Positions 29,773-38,929 of a DNA stretch of 64,000 nt are shown here, piece after piece. Origin of the DNA: an uncultured Prevotella sp. GTDB lineage: Bacteria; Bacteroidota; Bacteroidia; Bacteroidales; Bacteroidaceae. The stretch spans positions 710-64,709 of the forward strand of contig URUK01000014.1 of the NCBI GenBank assembly GCA_900551055.1, given 5' to 3'. The stretch's first letter is position 1. Each line of letters opens with the position of its first letter. The position numbers were made by a program, and so were the translations under genes. A model generated the notes under the pieces. That model saw only the letters and a program-made list of their open reading frames with translations, had not been told where the DNA came from and did no database searches.

Positions 29773-31068
29773 TCAGCCGTGCAGATTTTTTGTACGTTTT
29801 CCGATACTCAAATCCTCTTCATAAAGATTAAGATTCCTATTTATTTGGGATCTCCTCAGACGTCTCATATCTTCATCCACCTTCTTGTCGGTTACGTGTG
29901 CATAAATCTGTGTGGTGTCAAAACGGCAATGTCCCATCATCTTGCTGACGGTTTCAAGAGGCACTCCAGATGAAAGGGTGATATGTGTCCCGAAATTATG
30001 TCTTGCCTGATGGAATGTCAGATCAAAACCGTAAACCTTGCCCAATTCTCTTGTAAGCAGAATAAGGTAATTCCGCTGGTACAGATTAAACACTTTGTCA
30101 CCCTGACGCTGATTCCTATACTTTTCGATTATCTTCAATGGTATATCAAGCAGACGGACGGAAGAAAGTGTACCGGTTTTCTGGCGGTGGATATGGATCC
30201 ACCAGGAGCCGTCTTCAGACTGAGTAATGTTATTGACAGTAAGATTTTTCAAGTCTATATAGGCAAGACCGGTAAAAGTAGAGAAAATAAACATGTCCCT
30301 GACAAACTGCAGCTGAGGTTTCTTCACGGGAGTTGATAGCAATGTCTTCAAATCCTCAAGTTTCATGTGGCGGCTTTTCCTTTTGGGCAGTTCCGGATGC
30401 AGGCGGCAGTAGGGGTCCCGAAGTATTGTTCCCTGACTTACGGCACGCATGGTCATCTTCTTCAACCTGTAAAGATGTTCATGCACGCTTTTCGGGCTTA
30501 AATTCCTGTCTGTCCTGAGAAACAGTTCAAAATCATCGTAGAAGACGCGGTCAAGATTACGTAGCAGGACATCCTCTGTGCCACGTTTTTCCTGGACAAA
30601 AGCCGAAAGATGCTTGTATGAACGCAGATAGGACTCATAAGTCTCCTTTATCCTGTCTATTCCGACACGTTTTTTAAATTCCTCATTATGCTCCCGGAAT
30701 AAAGCCAGGAGTGTAAGCGGTTTCTGGCCGATTCCCATCACGGCATTCTTTATCTGTTCTGCCGTGATGAAACCAAGGCTGTTCTTTATCCGTCTGTAAT
30801 GCTCCCTGATTTCTTTGGTTAAATCATCGATGGCCCGGTTGACGGTAATGGCGTTCTCACTGCGGCCGTCCGCCCGTCCTTTTTCAGGATTCCAGATGGC
30901 CGGATTGACGGATACTTTCGTTCCTATCTGTTCCCACTTGGCATCTATGCTTATCTTGCAAAGCAACTGGCACATTCCGTCCTTGCGGACTTTGGTGCGG
31001 TTTATATAAAACAGTATCGCAAATGTACTGCGACGCTTGATTCCTGTGTCGTCTGTATTCTTTTTCAT
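29773..31068 (-). CDS. Tyrosine site-specific integrase (IntDOT-like)
   Basis: Arm-binding N-terminus, FTGLAYID, RQKT, HQARH, MGH, TQIYA. Confidence 0.95.
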   Translation of the reverse strand: MKKNTDDTGIKRRSTFAILFYINRTKVRKDGMCQLLCKISIDAKWEQIGTKVSVNPAIWNPEKGRADGRSENAITVNRAIDDLTKEIREHYRRIKNSLGFITAEQIKNAVMGIGQKPLTLLALFREHNEEFKKRVGIDRIKETYESYLRSYKHLSAFVQEKRGTEDVLLRNLDRVFYDDFELFLRTDRNLSPKSVHEHLYRLKKMTMRAVSQGTILRDPYCRLHPELPKRKSRHMKLEDLKTLLSTPVKKPQLQFVRDMFIFSTFTGLAYIDLKNLTVNNITQSEDGSWWIHIHRQKTGTLSSVRLLDIPLKIIEKYRNQRQGDKVFNLYQRNYLILLTRELGKVYGFDLTFHQARHNFGTHITLSSGVPLETVSKMMGHCRFDTTQIYAHVTDKKVDEDMRRLRRSQINRNLNLYEEDLSIGKRTKNLHG

Positions 31069-31088
31069 AATTTCATTTTTTCCGGTTA

Positions 31089-32312
31089 TTAAATGACCAC
31101 TGAAAACCGTTCGGATATTTTTTTATTCAGGGTCCTTGTATCTGCATCAATCTTGTTATCGGTAACTTTGGCATAAATCTGGGTTGTCTTGATTTGCCTG
31201 TGTCCCAGCATCTTGCTGACCGTTTCCAGAGGAACCCCATGTGAGAGCGTAATTTCCGTAGCATAGGTATGTCGGGCCGCATGAAAGACCAGTTTACGCT
31301 CTATGCCGCAGAGTCCAGCAATCTGCTTCAGATAATGATTCAGAGAACTGTTGGAATACATGGGAAGGAGTTTCCCTTCCGGAGCCATATCCCGGTACTT
31401 CTCTATGATGTGAAGCGGAAGTTCCATCAGGGGAATCTCAAAATCCACCCCGCTTTTTTTTCGGGCACTCTTTATCCACCACACTCCGTCTTCCGCAAGG
31501 GACAGATTTTCATCTGACAGAAGGCACATGTCAATATATGAGATTCCTGTGAAGCATGAAAAGAGAAACAGATCCCGCACATGATAAAGAGTCCGGTTAT
31601 GCATAGGCGTAACCATGATGCGGTGCAATTCTTCGGAAGTGAGATATTTCTGTTTTGGCTTTGGACGGGCCAGTTCATAGCCGATGAACGGGTTGGCCGC
31701 AATTATGCCGTCAGCAATCGCCTCACCCACAACAGTCTTCAACATGACTGAAAGATTGACGATAGAGGATTGAGAAAGATTACATTCAGAACGCAAGTAC
31801 AACACGTATTTCTCGATAAAGGAACGGTCCAATGCCGTAAAGGGAAAATCTGATAGCTTGTATTCAGTTTGGAGAAAACTGACCACATGATTGTAAGAAT
31901 TACGGTAGGCATATAATGTTTTCTCTGTCCGGTTAACACCTACACGTTTCTCAAAATTCCGCATGAAATATCTGTAATAGCTCAGCAGGGTTTCTTGGCC
32001 TGAAGCCATACCCAACAACTGATGTTTGACTTCCTCAGCGGTTACATTTTCGCGGACGGCAGACAGTTCGGTATATATACCAAGAGCCGTAGCACGGATT
32101 TCATCAAGTTTGCAGTTGATTTCTCTGGCCGCAACACTTTTCCCACATGCACGTCCTGACGACCACAATGACTGTGGCACACGAAACTTTAAACTGAAAG
32201 CCGTTTCAGAGTATCTGCCAATAATGAGCCGTGCCATTACGGGGCAATTTCCCTTGGCATCGGACTCGCTCTTTTTGAGGTAGAACGAAACCTTTACATC
32301 TGTCTGATTCAT
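31089..32312 (-). CDS. Tyrosine site-specific integrase (IntDOT-like)
   Basis: VSFYLK, FTGISYID, RKKS, HAARH, LGH, TQIYA. The TAACTTTG box at 32338-32331 overlaps the track's TTG start, so a downstream ATG was chosen. Confidence 0.95.
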   Translation of the reverse strand: MNQTDVKVSFYLKKSESDAKGNCPVMARLIIGRYSETAFSLKFRVPQSLWSSGRACGKSVAAREINCKLDEIRATALGIYTELSAVRENVTAEEVKHQLLGMASGQETLLSYYRYFMRNFEKRVGVNRTEKTLYAYRNSYNHVVSFLQTEYKLSDFPFTALDRSFIEKYVLYLRSECNLSQSSIVNLSVMLKTVVGEAIADGIIAANPFIGYELARPKPKQKYLTSEELHRIMVTPMHNRTLYHVRDLFLFSCFTGISYIDMCLLSDENLSLAEDGVWWIKSARKKSGVDFEIPLMELPLHIIEKYRDMAPEGKLLPMYSNSSLNHYLKQIAGLCGIERKLVFHAARHTYATEITLSHGVPLETVSKMLGHRQIKTTQIYAKVTDNKIDADTRTLNKKISERFSVVI

Positions 32313-32698
32313 AATCTGTTCCATTGTTTGCAAAGTTAATGGAGACAGAGTTTATTATCGGCATGTCAAATATCGTCAGAAATAGACAAAGATGGCATCA
32401 TTGACTTCCGTATCCTATATTTTTCATTTACCGAAAAAAATAAGTATCTTCGCTGAGCCAAAATGATGGAACTATGTTCTTTACGGACGGAACAGAAGTG
32501 ACTATTCAAACGGATTAATGCAACCGGAATGGGCAACGGATAGGTAGCAATTTTTCTGCTTAACTATTCAAAAAACGGCTTTAAAGCACATATTAAGGAA
32601 TATCGAATAATGCTGCGTATCTTACTGAAAGCCCAATAGTTTACATTATTTTTCCTGAATCCATCCATAATCGGGCGAGTTTCAGTATATTTGCACTG

Positions 32699-34463
32699 AT
32701 GAAACGAACTACTGCGATATTGCATGTAGCCGCCGCGCTGTGCATGGCTTGCCTCTTCAGCTGCGGCGACGGAATGAACCGCGAGGCGGAAATAGCGGCA
32801 ATCGACAGCATTGCCGACACCGACGCACCGCGCGCCTTGGCGCTTCTCGACAGCATGAAGCCGCACATGGCAGGGGCGACGGAGGCCGAATGGAGTCTGT
32901 ATTCGCTGACGCATGTCAAGACGGAAGACAAGGCTTACATCGAGCACAAGACAGACACAGTGATGCTGCGGCTCATAGATTACTACGAGGAAGAGGGTGA
33001 CAAGAGCCTTCTGCCTCAAGTTTATTACTACGCAGGTCGTGTGTATTACGACATGGACGACTACGACCGCGCCCTGCCCTACTTCCAGAAAGTGGAGGAA
33101 ATGACCGACAGCAGCTCCACCTTATATTATAAGGCGCAGGCTCAGATGGGCTACATCTTCCTTTACCAAGGGCTGTATGAAAAAGGATTTAACGCCTTTT
33201 CAAAGTCTTATAATATATAATAAGGCAAAAGAAAACAAATCCAGTCAGGCTTTCGCCCTATGCGGAATGGCCAACTGTCTGCAACGGATGAATGACTACA
33301 AACAGGCCATGCAGTATTTCAAACAGGCGTTAATACTTGCCCGTGAAAATGGCGACAAATCGTATGAAGCTGACATCATCGGGCAAATTGCCAACAATTA
33401 TTACTATCTAAAACAATACCGCATAGCCGAAAAATACGCCCAGCAAGCATTGGCTGGTGTAGACAGTACAACCGCCCGGCCAATTTATGCCATCGCTGCA
33501 GACATATATAATAAGATAGGCAAAGAAGACTCTGCCGTCGTTTTGTACAACAAGCTCTACGCTTTGGACGACGTTTACGCGAAATACAGCGCAAGCAAAC
33601 GCCTCGGGCACTACTACCTTGAGCACAAAGACATGGCAAAGGCCGCCGTATTCCTTGACGAATATGACAGATATACTGACTCCATCCAAGCGATAACACA
33701 GACGGAAACAGTTGCAAAAATAGATGCAGTTTATAATTATAACATCAGGGAAGAGGAGAACGAAAGGCTGAAAGAAGAAATAACAACAGGCAGATACATA
33801 ATTGCAGTGGCGGCAATGCTTGTCATCGCCGCAATACTTGCAGTGCTCGCTCTTATGCAATATTCAAAGAAAAAGAGGCTGGCCGAGCGCATGAAATACG
33901 AGAACGAGAAGCGTTATCTCAACTCGTTGTACGAGCAAAGCAGCAAGTTCATCAGCGACAACAACAGCAAGATAGAGGCGCTAAAGCAGGAACTTGCAGC
34001 GTCGGCAAGCAAAAACAAGAGTCTTGCCGCAGCCCTGAAGGCCAAGGAGGAACAGCTTAGCAACCTCAACATGATGGCCGAAATAAGAACGAAGAACAGG
34101 GAACTGGCCGCCGCCGGATTGGAAAATTCAGACATACGAACCAAGATTTTCACATTATTAAACGACAATACGACAAGCGAATTCGGTAAAAAGCTCTCCA
34201 CTGAAGACTGGCAAAGCCTCGACAAAGAAGTAAACAGCCACTACCCGGAGTTCAAGGAACGCATATCCGAACTGTGCAAAATAAGCGACTCGGAGTATAA
34301 AGTTTGCTTGCTCCTAAAAATAGAAATCAAGCCAATAGACATATCAATCTTGACCTCTAAGACAAAAAGCGCAATCTCGGTAATGCGCAAGAGGCTGTAT
34401 CTTAAAGCCTTCGGCAAGGAAGAAACGCCCGAAAAGTGGGACGAGTTTATCCGCTCATTATAA
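32699..34463 (+). pseudogene. TPR-repeat/TM/C-terminal HTH membrane regulator, split by one frameshift
   Basis: ORFs 32699-33220 and 33177-34463 continue the same TPR series (YYAGRVY, A..GMAN). There is a single TM and a C-terminal VCLLLK...I..L......S..R.RL..K. The break lies at TATAATA x2 (33209-33222). Confidence 0.8.
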
Positions 34464-34479
34464 GGCACTTACGCCCGAC

Positions 34480-34569
34480 TGTCAACCGTTTTGTAAACCG
34501 GAAAAACCATTTGTCAACTGTTTTGTCAACTCAAAAATTTCCGTTTCATATCCGTTCGCTATAATTTTG
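34480..34569 (+). promoter_or_regulatory. 4x TGT(C/A)AAC operator plus -7 box
   Basis: Heptamers at 34480, 34492, 34512 and 34524; TAATTTTG at 34562-34569. Confidence 0.7.
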
Positions 34570-34593
34570 CCGCCGAAACCAAAATTAACGGAT

Positions 34594-34974
34594 ATGAAAC
34601 GGAACCTTTTATTATTTTTTATCGCTGCATTCTCATGCAACATTTGTATGGCCGACATTTTCAATATCAGGCTTTACAACACTTGTCACAGTAATAATGA
34701 CAATGTTAAATTAGGGAAACAGGAGCGTTCGCTTACACTAAATCCATCTGCCTGTTACGACACCGACACCTATTATCTGACGGTAGCTTCGCCGATAATG
34801 ATGTACGATGCGCACATCAGAATTACAAACGGAAGCGGCGAAACCGTGCTTGACGAATACACGGACATACCTAGAACAGGCGTCGTTTTACAAACAGGTG
34901 TATCACTTGACGGCGGTACTTACACGCTCGAAATAGAGTGCGGCGATACTAATTGGTATGGTTACATTGAGTAA
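34594..34974 (+). CDS. DUF3244-like small exported Ig-fold protein
   Basis: Signal peptide; RS...P, IRITN..GE.V, G.YTLEI......YG; typical position after a TPR regulator. Confidence 0.7.
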   Translation: MKRNLLLFFIAAFSCNICMADIFNIRLYNTCHSNNDNVKLGKQERSLTLNPSACYDTDTYYLTVASPIMMYDAHIRITNGSGETVLDEYTDIPRTGVVLQTGVSLDGGTYTLEIECGDTNWYGYIE

Positions 34975-35056
34975 CTGTGCCGCAAACTTTACCTAAAAAC
35001 AATGAATGCCGGTTAACGACTATATCTTAAACTAATAACTAAAACCAAACCTAACA

Positions 35057-35644
35057 ATGCTTAAAACTATTATTTGTGCAGCCGTACTGATGCTATGCGC
35101 ATCAGTGTCAGCACAGAACGCAACCGAACAGCGTTCAGACCGTAAAATCATTGAAATCAGCAAGATTGTAAGACTAAGCCCGGAGCAGGAGGCGGCGATA
35201 CGCAACGCCTACGACGCTTACAACCTTACGGTTGACTCCGCGCTGTATGTGGAGCAGAACCCGGTAAAGGCTTCGCGCATGAAATACGCCGCAAACAAAA
35301 CTTTTTACAAGGCAATGATGGGCGTGCTGAACACCGAACAGCGCAACAGGTATATCCAAGTAACGTCAGTTCCTGACGTGGAGGCAAAGACGGAGTATAA
35401 CATCAGTCTGCTGCGCGAGGGCGGCGAGTACACCGAAAGCGAGCTTTCAAGCATGAAAAAGGACATTTTCAAATACCTGATGAGGGAAAAGGTGGTCTAC
35501 ATGCGCGACAAATACGACGTAGCGAAGCAAAAAGACAACATCCGCCGGTTGAAGGAGACACAGCCGAAAGCCATGAAAGAGAGCAACATCATCGAGAAAA
35601 TGAAGGTGCAAGGACGGCTGAAAAACGGCAAGATGAAATGGTAA
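35057..35644 (+). CDS. Exported helical hypothetical protein
   Basis: Signal peptide ASVSA-Q; LSPEQ/LNTEQ helical motifs. Confidence 0.75.
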   Translation: MLKTIICAAVLMLCASVSAQNATEQRSDRKIIEISKIVRLSPEQEAAIRNAYDAYNLTVDSALYVEQNPVKASRMKYAANKTFYKAMMGVLNTEQRNRYIQVTSVPDVEAKTEYNISLLREGGEYTESELSSMKKDIFKYLMREKVVYMRDKYDVAKQKDNIRRLKETQPKAMKESNIIEKMKVQGRLKNGKMKW

Positions 35645-35676
35645 ACACATATTATTTAAATGAAGAACACTGAGCA

Positions 35677-37086
35677 ATGAAAAAGATATTTACACTAATT
35701 CTGGCAGTGACGGCCATTGTTCCGGCAATGGCCCAGAAGGAGGTTTCACTCGACACCATCAGTACGAAGACCCAACTTAAATGGGCATACCGCTATATAA
35801 ACGGTGTAAACGCCGACGTAAACCTTAAGAATGCGGCAAAAATATACATGAACCTTGCACGACAAGGCGACATTGACGGCATGCGCGAGCTTGGCCGGAT
35901 GTACCTTTACGGCATAGGCGTAGAACGCAACTGCCGCTACGCAGGACGTTTGTTGAAGCGTGCAGCCGAGTGCGGCGACGCAAAGGCGATGTGCCTTTTG
36001 GCGCAGATGTACCAGCAGGCATTGGGCTTCAAGCAGAATTATGAAAAAGCGTATTACTGGTATAACATGGCCGCAAAGAAGGGTTACGGCCGCGGATATT
36101 ACGGAGCAGGCTACATGTTGTATAAAGGTCTTGGCATAAAGCAGGACTATGCCATGGCCGAGCAGTATTTCCTTAAAGGCTCGGAGCTGCGCAACGCCTC
36201 TTGCGACTACATGCTTGGAGGCTTATACATGAGCGGTTATAACGGTGCGCCGGACTATGCCAAGGCCGAAAAACACCTTAGCCGCGCTGCAAAAGAGGGT
36301 CACGGCTGGACGTTGGACATGGCGAAACACGGTGTGATGGACTCGCTGAAACAAGCCCGTATGAGACGTATGGTAATGCCGATGATGATGGCCGACGACA
36401 CCGCTCCACGCACAATAGCCGATATTGACAGCCTGATAACCGAGCTTCCGGTTGACACCTTGGCAGGCGGATGGACCGGAACGGTGTACACATGCGACTG
36501 GTCGGGACAGGAAATATTGAAAGAAGAGCCGATAACTATCGAAATAACGCCGCAAGACACGCTGTTCGTCGCCGAATGGACGTTGGGCGACAACGACGGT
36601 GGGATATTCGCACCGACCGAACGCCGCGGCGCGTCATGGCGCATAACGAAGCCCGGCGACAATGAGGAAGGCCGCAAATGGGTGATACGGTCGGTGGCCT
36701 TCGGCCTGTCAGATGCCAACACATTGTGCGCCCACCTGCGTTGCATCAACATGAAACACTATGAAAAGCGCAAGCCTGCATTCGCCGTTCTGCACAGGAA
36801 CGAGCCTATAACAAAGCAGCAATACGTGCCGTTCAGGATTATGCAAGTTGACCCGATGCCAGTTACCAGCGGCTCGTTCAACGTTACATTGCAGGCCAAC
36901 GAAGCATGCACAGTAAGCGCAAGCATCTACAGCGCAAGCGGAATGAAGGCGGCAGACTGCGGCACAATGAGCATCGACAAGGGCGAGAACACACTGCATC
37001 TCAACGCGGCTCTCACACCGGGACAGTACATCCTGCACATCACAGGCAACGGAGGCAGCGCGTCGACCACGATTATATGGCAATAA
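35677..37086 (+). CDS. Sel1-repeat protein with probable T9SS C-terminal sorting domain
   Basis: LGRMY.YG.GV, A.YWY..AA..G repeats; C-terminal PMPV...IYSASG.K...L.PG.YIL.I. Confidence 0.82.
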   Translation: MKKIFTLILAVTAIVPAMAQKEVSLDTISTKTQLKWAYRYINGVNADVNLKNAAKIYMNLARQGDIDGMRELGRMYLYGIGVERNCRYAGRLLKRAAECGDAKAMCLLAQMYQQALGFKQNYEKAYYWYNMAAKKGYGRGYYGAGYMLYKGLGIKQDYAMAEQYFLKGSELRNASCDYMLGGLYMSGYNGAPDYAKAEKHLSRAAKEGHGWTLDMAKHGVMDSLKQARMRRMVMPMMMADDTAPRTIADIDSLITELPVDTLAGGWTGTVYTCDWSGQEILKEEPITIEITPQDTLFVAEWTLGDNDGGIFAPTERRGASWRITKPGDNEEGRKWVIRSVAFGLSDANTLCAHLRCINMKHYEKRKPAFAVLHRNEPITKQQYVPFRIMQVDPMPVTSGSFNVTLQANEACTVSASIYSASGMKAADCGTMSIDKGENTLHLNAALTPGQYILHITGNGGSASTTIIWQ

Positions 37087-37119
37087 CATGAAAAACATCT
37101 GAATTACGAAAGATTAACA

Positions 37120-38064
37120 ATGAAAAAACTTATGATATTCTTTTTGTCGGTACTTTTGCTGGTGCCGACAGGGGCACGTGCGTGCTGGGACGAAGACTGG
37201 GACGACTATGAAGACACCGGAAGTTGGGATGATGACGACTGGTATGACGACAGCTGGTACGACGATGACTGGTACAATGACGACTGGTATGACGATGACG
37301 ACGACATCGCGTGGGAAGGCGACTTGCCGGGAATAGATGTCTATCCAGACGATGATGAATGGGATGGAGATGTAGTATATGATGACTTCAATGATGATAC
37401 AGAATGGTTGCCTGATTTAGTCGTTACACCTGACGATGATGACGACTACGACTGGGGCCTCGACGAAGACTGGTGGCGTACCGAAGACAGTGATGATGAT
37501 TACTCCGATAATGACGACGACATCCAAGACTGGGGCGATGATGACGACAACGACTCCAATTCCGGGGGAAACAAGCCAGATGAAACAACCGACCCTGAAA
37601 CTGAAGGTAACAAAAAGACAGCAGCCCAAATCACAGATGCGGCAAAAAACGCTGTGGTTGAAATGATTGCAAAACACGGCAAGAGTATGGCGGTATGCAA
37701 CTATGGCGTAAACGCCATGTTCAAGAGCCTGTTTGGAAAAAACGATTTAGACGGGAAAAGAGCAAATGACATGGTAAGATATTGGCAAAACAACCCCTCA
37801 CATTGGGAACAGATATCTGTATCACAAGCACAGCAACTTGCAAATGAAGGATATTTTGTTGTTGCAGGCTGGATTAATCCCAGTGGAAAGAGCGGTCATG
37901 TCGTTGTAGTTGTACCAGGTGAAGAATCATATAGTGGTATGTGGGGATGCGATGTCCCGACTGTAATGGATACAGGACAGAATAAAAGAACATCTGGTAC
38001 ATCTATTGCATACAGTTTTGATAAACGGAAAATAAGCGGAGTAAAGTTCTTCAAATATAAATAA
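37120..38064 (+). CDS. Secreted protein with Asp/Trp-rich N-terminal arm and Cys/His papain-like (CHAP/NlpC-like) C-terminal domain; putative antibacterial hydrolase
   Basis: Signal peptide; ~130-aa D-rich region; CNYGV...ANDM...W...AQ.LAN.G..VVAG...SGHVVVV. The functional call is inference. Confidence 0.6.
   Translation: MKKLMIFFLSVLLLVPTGARACWDEDWDDYEDTGSWDDDDWYDDSWYDDDWYNDDWYDDDDDIAWEGDLPGIDVYPDDDEWDGDVVYDDFNDDTEWLPDLVVTPDDDDDYDWGLDEDWWRTEDSDDDYSDNDDDIQDWGDDDDNDSNSGGNKPDETTDPETEGNKKTAAQITDAAKNAVVEMIAKHGKSMAVCNYGVNAMFKSLFGKNDLDGKRANDMVRYWQNNPSHWEQISVSQAQQLANEGYFVVAGWINPSGKSGHVVVVVPGEESYSGMWGCDVPTVMDTGQNKRTSGTSIAYSFDKRKISGVKFFKYK
37231..37290 (+). repeat. 4 x 15-bp coding tandem repeat (DDDWY/DDSWY/DDDWY/NDDWY)
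   Basis: gatgacgactggtat gacgacagctggtac gacgatgactggtac aatgacgactggtat. Confidence 0.85.
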
Positions 38065-38071
38065 GTTAAAT

Positions 38072-38803
38072 ATGAAAAAGATATATTCACTATTAATTGC
38101 TGTGATTTTAGTAAATGTAACATCAACCGCGCAAGAGCAAGTATTTAATACAAGCTCTGACGGAAGTATTATTGTAAAATCTAAGTTTATCGACGAATTT
38201 GATAATTGGCCATACGAAAACACGACCCCTTACATCTTAAAATTCAGCGAAACTATTGGCATAATACCACAATTCACAATAAACAAAGATTTAACACTCC
38301 AAAAGAATACGATAAACAAGTCTGACTTGAACAATTCCATAGCATTAAAAATGCGTTATACTATAAAAGGTTTGAGGTATAAATGTTGGACTGACGCAGA
38401 CCCTGGAGATTTCAATGTTATAGAAATATTGTTCAATAATGACACTATACTGACACTTAAGTTTGACAATGGCTGGGACAATATGTCAACCGATTACGGC
38501 TCATACACGTCGAAGTTTTGCGGTATCGAGAAGTTGGGAGACAATACTTATGCCGCAATATTCAAAGGTATTGACATTATGAGCCAACCGCCTTACCTGA
38601 CAATTGTCGTGATGAAAGACGGCAAGGCAAGCTTGGTATTCAACAAGCCGATGATTATCAACTCTATAAAGACAAACTCCGACGGTACAAAAACGTTTGA
38701 CTTACAGGAGAACACGGTCGAGTGGATTGACGAGAACACGCCTGCAAACAGCCCCATTACGCATACAATGACGATAAAAGACGGCAACATTTACTTCAAG
38801 TAA
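38072..38803 (+). CDS. Exported family-A protein A1 (putative cognate immunity)
   Basis: Signal peptide; GDFNVIEI, PPYLTI, TIKDGNIYFK shared with two downstream copies. Confidence 0.75.
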   Translation: MKKIYSLLIAVILVNVTSTAQEQVFNTSSDGSIIVKSKFIDEFDNWPYENTTPYILKFSETIGIIPQFTINKDLTLQKNTINKSDLNNSIALKMRYTIKGLRYKCWTDADPGDFNVIEILFNNDTILTLKFDNGWDNMSTDYGSYTSKFCGIEKLGDNTYAAIFKGIDIMSQPPYLTIVVMKDGKASLVFNKPMIINSIKTNSDGTKTFDLQENTVEWIDENTPANSPITHTMTIKDGNIYFK

Positions 38804-38834
38804 AGGCTGCAACAGGTCATAGATACAAGCAAAC

Positions 38835-38929
38835 AACAAGGCGGAGAAGCCCCAACAGCATTCCAATCCGCCTTGTTTCACCTATTTATATATATCCATA
38901 TAAACACGCTACGATTAAAAACTACAACC
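38835..38929 (+). repeat. A-to-B intergenic module (hairpin plus TATCCATATAAA), also at 40001-40094 and 42684-42778
   Basis: ACAAGGCGGA...TCCGCCTTGT at 38836-38876 and 42684-42724. A different-sequence hairpin, TGAAGAGG/CCTCTTCA, occupies the same position at 40009-40034. Confidence 0.8.

Larger units (their letters stand above)
1..32660. mobile_element. CTnDOT-related integrative element, right part; left end not seen and right boundary approximate (about 32600-32670)
   Basis: rteA/rteB-like pair, three HTH excisionase-like genes and two tandem tyrosine integrases. An AT-rich terminal segment at 32340-32660 is followed by the promoter (TATATTTG, 32686-32693) of an unrelated gene with different codon usage. 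Confidence 0.75.

Noticed and set aside
32340..32700. tRNA integration target
   Set aside because: No cloverleaf or T-loop GTTCRA pattern recognised.
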